Below are positions 57,379 through 64,000 of a stretch of 64,000 bases of DNA, piece after piece. This stretch comes from Bacillota bacterium (GTDB lineage: Bacteria > Bacillota > Clostridia > Christensenellales > Aristaeellaceae): positions 64,847-128,846 of the forward strand of contig JAEZIN010000027.1 of NCBI GenBank assembly GCA_023436585.1, read 5' to 3'. The notes below the pieces were generated by a model that made no database searches, was not told the origin of the DNA, and saw only the letters and a program-made list of their open reading frames with translations. How positions within the stretch are numbered: position 1 is the first letter of the stretch; each line of letters begins with the position of its first letter. The position numbers and the translations under genes were made by a program.

Positions 57379-57803
57379 CAGGCGAGTACGACGATATCAT
57401 ACATCTGCCGCATCCTGTCTCCGGAAGACACCCTCCCATGGCCGCAATTGGCCGGGCAGCCCAGTTTTCCCCCTTTGCAGCGTTGACGGGCTACGACGCC
57501 GCCATCAGGGAAACCGCGAGACTGACGGATGAGAAAGTAGAGTTGGACGATTATTCATCCAACGATTTGAGCGATAGATTACAAATCATAGCAGAGCGAA
57601 TTGCGCAGCAGCCAGAAATCACGATTACCTTCTTTCAGCCAGATATATTGAAAAGCGGCGGGTCTTATGTGAATGCTGCCGGTACGGCAAAAAAGATCGA
57701 TGAATACAAACGGATTGTTATTTTGACCGATGGGACAACGATCCACATGGATGAAATAGTCGCCATAGAAGGGGCGATATTCGGGACGCTTATCGATCAA
57801 TAA
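57375..57803 (+). CDS. YolD-like protein (UmuD functional analogue usually paired with a Y-family polymerase)
   Basis: ATGA overlap with the polymerase gene. ~140 aa. Position and size match the B. subtilis uvrX-yolD / yqjW-yqzH arrangement. Confidence 0.6.
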   Translation: MTGEYDDIIHLPHPVSGRHPPMAAIGRAAQFSPFAALTGYDAAIRETARLTDEKVELDDYSSNDLSDRLQIIAERIAQQPEITITFFQPDILKSGGSYVNAAGTAKKIDEYKRIVILTDGTTIHMDEIVAIEGAIFGTLIDQ

Positions 57804-57908
57804 ACATCAGCCGGCGCTGTGGCCGGATTTCGGGCTATGCACCTTAGTATAAACCTTACCGGCCAAGTATCATCGATTGAATATGCTCCTTCGAAGAATC
57901 GTTTAAAG

Positions 57909-57969
57909 GATGCACACCCCTTGTGGGGCTGAAGCGGCAGAAACGCCGCATGCCTTAGGGGTGTGCATC
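57909..57969. other. Perfect 13-bp inverted repeat GATGCACACCCCT…AGGGGTGTGCATC enclosing a nested GCGGC/GCCGC hairpin
   Basis: Read directly. Lies between convergent yolD-like and tRNA genes. Confidence 0.45.
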
Positions 57970-58083
57970 TTTCCTCAATTCGGTACAGCGGATTTCCCGC
58001 AGAAAAAAGCGCATGTGAGCCGGGTCGTGTATTCCTGCAAAAAGAATTTAAATCAGGCGCATTCCCCGGAATTTGCAGGGATA

Positions 58084-58120
58084 GCAAAAGACCCACCGCA
58101 ATTGGTGAGTCTTTATTTAT
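58084..58120 (-). terminator. Terminator of the tRNA operon (AAAGACCCACC-GCAATT-GGTGAGTCTTT with flanking A/T runs; bidirectional in appearance)
   Basis: Read directly. 25 nt past the tRNA-Glu 3' end on the minus strand. Confidence 0.5.
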
Positions 58121-58141
58121 ACCTACTAATGTGGGTATATA

Positions 58142-58217
58142 TGGCACCCCCGACGGGATTCGAACCCGTGTTGCCGCCTTGAGAGGGCGGTGTCCTAGGC
58201 CACTAGACCACGGAGGC
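58142..58217 (-). tRNA. tRNA-Glu (anticodon CTC), CCA encoded
   Basis: Reverse complement GCCTCCGTGGTCTAGTGGCCTAGGACACCGCCCTCTCAAGGCGGCAACACGGGTTCGAATCCCGTCGGGGGTGCCA. Glu-type D-arm (TCTAGTGG..TAGGAC). Anticodon loop CTCTCAA. T-loop GGTTCGAATCC. Confidence 0.85.
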
Positions 58218-58226
58218 ATAAAAAAA

Positions 58227-58300
58227 TGGCTGGGGAACTAGGATTCGAACCTAGACAATACGAGTCAGAGTCGTAGGTGCTACCGTTACACAATTCCCCA
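58227..58300 (-). tRNA. tRNA-Gln (anticodon CTG), CCA encoded
   Basis: Reverse complement TGGGGAATTGTGTAACGGTAGCACCTACGACTCTGACTCGTATTGTCTAGGTTCGAATCCTAGTTCCCCAGCCA. U1-A72 and the TGGGG…CCCCAG acceptor are typical of tRNA-Gln. Anticodon loop CTCTGAC. Confidence 0.85.
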
Positions 58301-58326
58301 ACAGCAATCAAAGGATTGCGAATGCC

Positions 58327-58355
58327 ATTATAAAAGAAACAGGATATTTTGTCAA
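58327..58355 (-). promoter_or_regulatory. Consensus sigma-A promoter TTGACA-17-TATAAT driving the tRNA-Gln/tRNA-Glu operon
   Basis: Perfect hexamers with a 17-nt spacer on the minus strand. ~20 nt upstream of the tRNA-Gln 5' end. Confidence 0.7.
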
Positions 58356-58471
58356 GCGCTTTTTTGCCATGTTTGAACGGCTTTCACAGTTCACATATTA
58401 TTCACATCTTGGATGCAAACCTTTGTTATAATAAGCCCGTAAAGAAACAAGCAAGGCCGCGAGGAGTATTC

Positions 58472-59428
58472 ATGTTAAAGCTGGAGGGTGTCACCAAGCG
58501 ATACGGTTCCGTGTACGCCTTGAAGGACGTAAGCTTTTTTGCGCCCAAAGGCCAGGTGCTGGGCCTTTTGGGGCAGAACGGAGCCGGGAAAACCACGGTG
58601 ATGAATATTCTGACGGGGTATCTCTCGGCCACCCGGGGCACTGTCTGCATCGGCGGGTTCGACATATTGCAAAATCCAAGGGAAGCCAAAAGGCTGATGG
58701 GATATTTGCCGGAGCAGCCGCCTTTGTATGATGAGATGACGGTGGACAGCTACCTTCGCTTTTGCTGCCGGCTAAAGGAAGTCGACCGTTCCGCCATACC
58801 CGGCCATGTGGAAGATGTCATGCACACAACGGGGCTTTATGAGGTGGCCGGGCGGAAGCTTGGCAACCTTTCCAAAGGGTATAGGCAGCGGGCTGGCATT
58901 GCCCAGGCGCTGTGCGGCGCGCCGGAGCTGCTGATTCTGGATGAGCCTACCGTGGGGTTGGACCCCAGGCAGGTGACGGAGATGCGGGCCCTGATCAAAA
59001 AACTGGGGGAAAAGCACACGGTGGTATTTTCCTCCCACATGCTGCATGAAATACAAACCCTTTGCCAGCGGGTGGTCATCCTTCAGCAGGGGCGGCTGAT
59101 TCGGGAAGCGGACATGGGCGAGCTGACAGGCGCCGCCGGGGATACCGTCCGGCTGCGCGTATCCATCCGCATGAAGGAGAGGCAGCTTTTGCCGGCCTTG
59201 CATGGCCTGGATTGCGTAAAGCGCGTGGAATCATTGCCGACCCCGGATGCGGACAATACCGAAGCCATTTTGGAATGCCGAAGGGATATGCAGCCGGAAA
59301 CAAAGCTGTTCACGCTTTTGTGCGGCCTGCAGGCGCCGCTTCTGCGCCTTGCGCCGGTTTATGATACCCTGGAGGAAGTGTTCCTGCAGGCTACCAGCGG
59401 GGCCATGGTCCCTGAGGATAAGGATTGA
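58472..59428 (+). CDS. ABC transporter ATP-binding protein, ABC-2/GldA-like
   Basis: RBS GAGGAG before MLKLEGVTKRYG. Walker A GQNGAGKTT, LSKGYRQR signature, Walker B ILDEP. Confidence 0.85.
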   Translation: MLKLEGVTKRYGSVYALKDVSFFAPKGQVLGLLGQNGAGKTTVMNILTGYLSATRGTVCIGGFDILQNPREAKRLMGYLPEQPPLYDEMTVDSYLRFCCRLKEVDRSAIPGHVEDVMHTTGLYEVAGRKLGNLSKGYRQRAGIAQALCGAPELLILDEPTVGLDPRQVTEMRALIKKLGEKHTVVFSSHMLHEIQTLCQRVVILQQGRLIREADMGELTGAAGDTVRLRVSIRMKERQLLPALHGLDCVKRVESLPTPDADNTEAILECRRDMQPETKLFTLLCGLQAPLLRLAPVYDTLEEVFLQATSGAMVPEDKD

Positions 59429-59432
59429 AAAT

Positions 59433-60143
59433 ATGATCGCGATTTGGAAGAGGGAGATACAAGGCTATTTCATCACGCCTGTGGGCTATGTGTTCACGGG
59501 TGTGTTTCTGGCTCTGGCCGGGATCATGTTTTATGTGCAGAGCGTCAGCGCGTTCAACGGCAGCGTGCTGTATCTTTTGAGCCAGACCACGTTTTTGTGG
59601 CTGCTCCTGTCCCCGGTGCTGACCATGCGCTTATTGGCGGAGGAAAGGCATCAAAAAACCGATCAGCTGCTTTTGACATCCCCCGTATCACTTTGGGGTG
59701 TGGTGGCGGGGAAATATCTTGCCGCCGCCGCGGTGCTGTTGGCCACCGTATTTTTATCGCTTTGCTATGTGCTGGTGATCGCCGTCTACGGCAAGGTCTT
59801 CCTGGGGGAATTGCTGGTGGGGTATATGGGCTTTATCCTGCAGGGCTGCTCCTTCCTGGCGCTGGATTTGTATATTTCCGGGTGCGCCCGCAACCAGGTG
59901 ACGGCGGCCGTCGCTTCCTTCGGCGTCAATCTCGCCCTTTGGGTGCTGGATCTTTTGGCCACCTCGGTGACGATGCCGGTGGTGTCCCCGGTGTTGCACT
60001 TTCTGAGCCTGTATGACAGGTATGAGCCCTTTTTACTGGGGCAGCTTTCCTATGCCAGCATCCTGTACTATGTGTCCTTCTGCGCCGTATTCCTGTTCCT
60101 GACGGTGCGCATGCTGGACGCGCGCCGCTGGAGGGAGGGCTGA
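59433..60143 (+). CDS. ABC-2 family permease, GldF-like (6 TM, ~236 aa)
   Basis: MIAIWKREIQGYFITPVGYVF… with hydrophobic helices throughout. Immediately follows the ATPase. Confidence 0.75.
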   Translation: MIAIWKREIQGYFITPVGYVFTGVFLALAGIMFYVQSVSAFNGSVLYLLSQTTFLWLLLSPVLTMRLLAEERHQKTDQLLLTSPVSLWGVVAGKYLAAAAVLLATVFLSLCYVLVIAVYGKVFLGELLVGYMGFILQGCSFLALDLYISGCARNQVTAAVASFGVNLALWVLDLLATSVTMPVVSPVLHFLSLYDRYEPFLLGQLSYASILYYVSFCAVFLFLTVRMLDARRWREG

Positions 60144-60145
60144 GG

Positions 60146-61603
60146 ATGAAGAAATTGTTGTTTTGGAAGCATCCCAAATGGCGGTACGGGGGGTACGCCT
60201 TTGCGGCGGCCGCCATCGTGATAGCCGTTGCGGTGCTTATTAACTTGGGGATTGGCGAGCTGGAAACAAAGTACGGCTGGCGCAAGGATCTGTCCTTCAA
60301 CAACCTGACCACCCAGAGCGAGACCACCAGGAGCGTTTTGCAGTCGCTGCCGTATCCCGTGCACATATATGCGCTGTATACGCCTGGCGGGGAGGATATG
60401 GCACTTGCGGAGCTTTTGAACCGCTACCGTGCCAGCAGCTCCCTTGTCACCTATGAAATGCTGGAGCTGAACAAAAATCCGGGACTGCTGGCCAAGTTTC
60501 AGGGGAACTCGGAAGCCTCTCTGACGCCCAACAGCCTGGTCGTATCCTGTGAAAAAACAGGCAGGTACAAGATTCTATCCTCTGAAAGCTTTTCCGCCAT
60601 AGGCTTCAGCGTTGAAAGCGGCGAATACGGGGTGGAGCTGATATATGAAAAGCGCATTACCGAAGCCCTGGTGTACGTGACCCGCGAGGAAATACCGGAG
60701 ATCATGCTTCTAAATGGCCACAGCGAGCGAGGGGATCAAGAAGTAGAGCCGCTTAGGCAGGCGCTTTTAAGCAATAATTATGCCGTGCGCGATGTGAATC
60801 TGCGCAATGGGGATGAGCTTACACCGGATGCGCTTTTGATGATCCTCTCCCCCAACCAAATAGATTTTACGCAGGACGAGGTTGCGGCCATTACGTCCTT
60901 TTCCAAAGCGGGCGGCGCTCTGTTCATCACCTGCGACTTTGACGATGAAATATCAGGTATGAACAATTACCTGTCCCTGCTGCGTTCCTTCGGCATGGTG
61001 CCGCGCAACGGCGTGGTGCTGGCCTCCCCTGAGGAGCCGGGCACGTTTTTCAACAATACCACAGCCTTTCTTGTGCCTTACGTTTTGCCGGGTGAGGCGA
61101 CGGACCCGCTGATAGGCGCCGGCATGAACGCCCTGATCCTGGAAGGCTCCCGGGCACTTGAGGCGCCATCCGGCGCCGTCAGCGGCCTGACCGTAACGCC
61201 CGTACTGTACAGCGGATACAAGGCGTATTTGCGGGATATTTACGGGGCCAACAGCGCCACGGAGCAGCAGGATACCGATCCCATCGGACCTTTCCCGCTG
61301 GCGCTGCTGGGCACCCGCACGCAGGAGGATGGCACGCTGTCCCGGGCGTTCATACTGGGCAGCAGCGCTTTGCTCACCGACAGCCAGTTGTATGAATACT
61401 CATACAATCTTGAGTTTACGCTCCGCATGTGCGAGTACCTTTTGAACCAGAAGCCCATTTCCCTGGATATCATATCCAAGCCCTACCTGCGGCCTGCTCT
61501 GAAGGAAATGAGCCGGCCTGCGGGCGCTGCTGTGGCCATCGCGCTTCCCTTGCTGGTGCTTGCGCTGGCGCTTGTGGTCCTGCTGCCCAGGCGCCACCGT
61601 TGA
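60146..61603 (+). CDS. GldG-like auxiliary component of an ABC-type uncharacterised transport system (N- and C-terminal TM anchors, large extracytoplasmic domain)
   Basis: RBS GGAGGGAGG. N-terminal TM (YAFAAAAIVIAVAVLI) and C-terminal TM (AVAIALPLLVLALALVVLL). Gene order ATPase-permease-GldG as in gldAFG. Confidence 0.6.
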   Translation: MKKLLFWKHPKWRYGGYAFAAAAIVIAVAVLINLGIGELETKYGWRKDLSFNNLTTQSETTRSVLQSLPYPVHIYALYTPGGEDMALAELLNRYRASSSLVTYEMLELNKNPGLLAKFQGNSEASLTPNSLVVSCEKTGRYKILSSESFSAIGFSVESGEYGVELIYEKRITEALVYVTREEIPEIMLLNGHSERGDQEVEPLRQALLSNNYAVRDVNLRNGDELTPDALLMILSPNQIDFTQDEVAAITSFSKAGGALFITCDFDDEISGMNNYLSLLRSFGMVPRNGVVLASPEEPGTFFNNTTAFLVPYVLPGEATDPLIGAGMNALILEGSRALEAPSGAVSGLTVTPVLYSGYKAYLRDIYGANSATEQQDTDPIGPFPLALLGTRTQEDGTLSRAFILGSSALLTDSQLYEYSYNLEFTLRMCEYLLNQKPISLDIISKPYLRPALKEMSRPAGAAVAIALPLLVLALALVVLLPRRHR

Positions 61604-61622
61604 TATTTTATTTGGAGGATTC

Positions 61623-63110
61623 ATGGAAAGACCCTTAAAGAAAAAGCGGAAGGTACCCCGCCCCCGGCGGGTGCTTTCCCTTGCTTTGCTGGCGGTCGCG
61701 CTGGCTGCCGGTGCCGTGTTTTTCTACGCGGCTTCAAGAAGCCCCGGAAAAATCCCGCTGGTGCCCAGCAGCTCCACCAGGCGCACGCTGGTATCCCGAA
61801 ACGCCGGGGAGGTCTCGCGCATCGCCGTATCCCGCCAGGCGGGTGAGGGCTTTGTACTGCTCGGGGAAAACGGGCACTTGTCCGTACAGGGCTGGCCGGA
61901 GTTTGTAATGGATGCGGACAAGGAACAAGAGCTGCTTGTCGCTTGTGCCATTCTCAACGCGGAGGATACTGTATCGCAATCCCGCGAGGAATGGGAGCCC
62001 CACAAGGCGGAATTCGGCCTGAATCCCCCTGCCGTTACGGTGGAAGTGGATTATGCGGATGGCAAAAGGGCGGTCTTTTCCCTGGGCGCCAAAGCGCCGC
62101 ACAACAACCTCAATTATTTCACCCTGGAAGACGATCCCGGGCTATACCTTGCCACGGCGGACCTGATTGACCTGTTTGACCAGGATCTTACGGTGTTCCA
62201 TCATGTGAATCAGATTGTGATCCACCACCAGCGCATTGACCGGATTACCATCGAAAACGGCTCCGGTACTTTGGAGGCCGCGTGGGAGCTGAATACCGAC
62301 ATTACCAGTCCGGACGCGCTTTCGGCCTGGCGGATGACTGTGCCGTACAACTATCCCTGCGACGCGGACGCCATGGATACGCTGACATCCGCCATGGAAA
62401 AGCTGCATCTGGGCCGCTTTGTATCCAAGGCAGATGATGAGGCCAGGGAGAAATACGGGTTCAATCCTCCCCGGCGCGTGATTACGGTGCACCAGGCGCC
62501 GGGGCAGATCGCCTCTATCGGCGATACGGGCGCTTACGAAATTACGCCTTATCCTGAAAGCACCCTGACACTCACCATTGGGACCGCTGAGGATGACTTT
62601 GTGAACTATGTGGAGGTGGGCGGCACCATCTATCTTGTCAGTAGCATTTCGCAGCCGCTTTTAAACAACCTGGTGCCGGTAAGCACGCTGCTGCGCCAGC
62701 CGGCTGCCATATCGCTGGAATCAATACAATCCGTACTTGTGGAAAAGGGCGGAGAACAGAACACATATACCCTGCTCCGGGTGGAAAAGCTGCTGCCCAA
62801 CAACGAGCTGGCCACAGACGAGGAAGGCAATGTGCTCAAGGATACCTTTGTGGACCTGAACGGTCAAAGGTCAAGCTTTGAGAAATTTGAAGCGTCCGTC
62901 ACTGCCATGCAGGCGGTGACTGTCTCCGGCCGGCTGCCGGAAGGCTTTGTGTCGCAGGAACAGCCATACGCCAAAATTGTGTTTACCTTTGTGGACGGGC
63001 GCACCCGCACGCTGGAATTAGCGGCCTTCGATGCGCTGCACGATGCGCTGGGGGTGGATGGTACGTACCTGTACTACCTTCCCAAAGGAGCGCTGGAGAA
63101 GGGCTTGTGA
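61623..63110 (+). CDS. DUF4340-like protein with N-terminal signal anchor (frequent partner of GldG-like genes)
   Basis: RBS GGAGG before MERPLKKKRKVPRPRRVLSLALLAVALAAGAVFFY. ~495 aa extracytoplasmic protein. Family assignment by context and memory. Confidence 0.5.
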   Translation: MERPLKKKRKVPRPRRVLSLALLAVALAAGAVFFYAASRSPGKIPLVPSSSTRRTLVSRNAGEVSRIAVSRQAGEGFVLLGENGHLSVQGWPEFVMDADKEQELLVACAILNAEDTVSQSREEWEPHKAEFGLNPPAVTVEVDYADGKRAVFSLGAKAPHNNLNYFTLEDDPGLYLATADLIDLFDQDLTVFHHVNQIVIHHQRIDRITIENGSGTLEAAWELNTDITSPDALSAWRMTVPYNYPCDADAMDTLTSAMEKLHLGRFVSKADDEAREKYGFNPPRRVITVHQAPGQIASIGDTGAYEITPYPESTLTLTIGTAEDDFVNYVEVGGTIYLVSSISQPLLNNLVPVSTLLRQPAAISLESIQSVLVEKGGEQNTYTLLRVEKLLPNNELATDEEGNVLKDTFVDLNGQRSSFEKFEASVTAMQAVTVSGRLPEGFVSQEQPYAKIVFTFVDGRTRTLELAAFDALHDALGVDGTYLYYLPKGALEKGL

Positions 63111-63193
63111 ACAGGCATGAAAAGCCGCCGATGGACGGCGGCGGTATTTCGCTCGCGGCCGGGGAGTTCATTCCTCTGGCTCTTTTTGCATGA

Positions 63194-64000
63194 TTATTCC
63201 CTCTGGCAGGCAGGGCAAAAATAAATGTTCCCGCCAAGATAGGCTTGGCGTTCCAAGGTTCCGCCGCATATGGGGCAGGGCTTGTCCAGCGTGTTCTTGG
63301 AAAGCAGGCAGGGGTATCCGCCAGGATTGCCATACAGGTCCTTTTCCGTGTCCCGGCCGCCCTTTTCTGTCATCTCTGCCATGGTATCCTTAACAGCCGA
63401 ATACAGGCGGACCTTCTCCTCCCCGGTCAAGGAAGCCAGCTTCCTCTTGGGATGGATGCGTGCCCTGAACAGTATATCCTGCAAAACGCCGTTGCCCAGG
63501 CCCGGTATGCGCTGCTCTGTGGCCAGAAAGGCCTTAGCGCTCAAGGTCTGCTTGGCATCCGCCAGCAATTTTTCAAAATAGCTCTGGTTAAATTCTTCGC
63601 TCAGCGGTGAGGGCTTTGTCTTGGCGATGAGGTAATAGGGGTTTTCATACGTTCCGGCTTTCATGGCCTGCATTCCCCCGTACATCTGCACGGTGCAGAC
63701 GAGGGCGGCCCCATCCGACAGCTCCAAAAAAAGCTGGTGCCTGTCTGGCATTTTTGATCCTTTGGGATACAAACGCATGTTGATTCCGTCGTTGATCACA
63801 AGACAGGCGTCGCCGGCCAAGATTTCCACCTGCCCACCATATGCCTGCGCATCCGTAACCGTCTTTCCGGCAAGCAGGCCATCGTATCCCGCGGGGTCGC
63901 CATGGTAGAAGGCGAAGCCGTGGGGCGTGCTGTTGGCTTGCACCTTTTCAATGCGCTTTCCAAGGATGTTTTCCCGCAATTGACTGGCCAGCGTTTGGCT
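63194..64000 (-). CDS. Fpg/Nei-family DNA glycosylase (H2TH + C-terminal zinc finger); 5'-partial, the frame stays open to the window end
   Basis: C-terminal CPICGGTLERQAYLGGNIYFCPACQ zinc finger. Central H2TH-like region. The open frame upstream of the tracked TTG (…QTLASQLRENILGKR) resembles the Fpg N-terminal region. Confidence 0.65.
   Translation of the reverse strand, partial: SQTLASQLRENILGKRIEKVQANSTPHGFAFYHGDPAGYDGLLAGKTVTDAQAYGGQVEILAGDACLVINDGINMRLYPKGSKMPDRHQLFLELSDGAALVCTVQMYGGMQAMKAGTYENPYYLIAKTKPSPLSEEFNQSYFEKLLADAKQTLSAKAFLATEQRIPGLGNGVLQDILFRARIHPKRKLASLTGEEKVRLYSAVKDTMAEMTEKGGRDTEKDLYGNPGGYPCLLSKNTLDKPCPICGGTLERQAYLGGNIYFCPACQRE

Noticed and set aside
57797-58219. 140-aa minus-strand ORF
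   Set aside because: It overlaps tRNA-Glu and the structured spacer, and has no RBS.
1-64000. Searched for CRISPR arrays, rRNA, IS/transposase, integrase, phage structural genes, toxin-antitoxin pairs and restriction-modification genes
   Set aside because: No direct-repeat/spacer arrays, no transposase/integrase-like ORFs, no terminal inverted repeats and no phage modules were seen. The tRNA pair is not flanked by an integrase.

Overview
This reads as a high-GC (~58%) Firmicutes chromosomal region (Bacillales/Clostridia-like gene content: YesMN-type two-component systems, LplABC-type sugar ABC transporters, Cheo boxes, YolD). It is dominated by carbohydrate-utilisation islands. (1) A xylo-oligosaccharide/glucuronoxylan block: a GH8-like fragment; four-and-a-half ABC sugar-uptake cassettes; two sensor kinases and three AraC-type response regulators in an unusual RR-HK-RR arrangement; a cytoplasmic CE4 deacetylase; a GH67 alpha-glucuronidase; and a SASA/SGNH esterase. 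(2) A chemotaxis/iron/oxygen patch: hemerythrin translationally coupled to CheX, a YdeI-like small protein, a FecCD-type ABC importer preceded by an orphan terminator hairpin, a Crp/Fnr regulator, an MCP and a flotillin. (3) A GntR/aldo-keto reductase pair divergent from a SemiSWEET-like 3-TM protein, an amidohydrolase and an ABC transporter. (4) A LacI-controlled beta-glucan locus (GH16 lipoprotein, GH26-like hydrolase, transporter) with two near-identical palindromic operators. (5) Two ABC-F ATPases, exodeoxyribonuclease III, and an SOS-type Y-family polymerase/YolD operon with two Cheo boxes. (6) A tRNA-Gln(CTG)/tRNA-Glu(CTC) pair behind a consensus promoter, followed by a four-gene GldA/GldF/GldG-like ABC + DUF4340 operon. 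(7) A partial Fpg/Nei glycosylase at the right edge. The GldA/GldF/GldG-like + DUF4340 operon is the best candidate for an undescribed system. No CRISPR array, rRNA, transposase or phage gene was seen. The many long antisense ORFs in the track are GC-driven artefacts. All family assignments are from motif recognition by eye; no database search was run.
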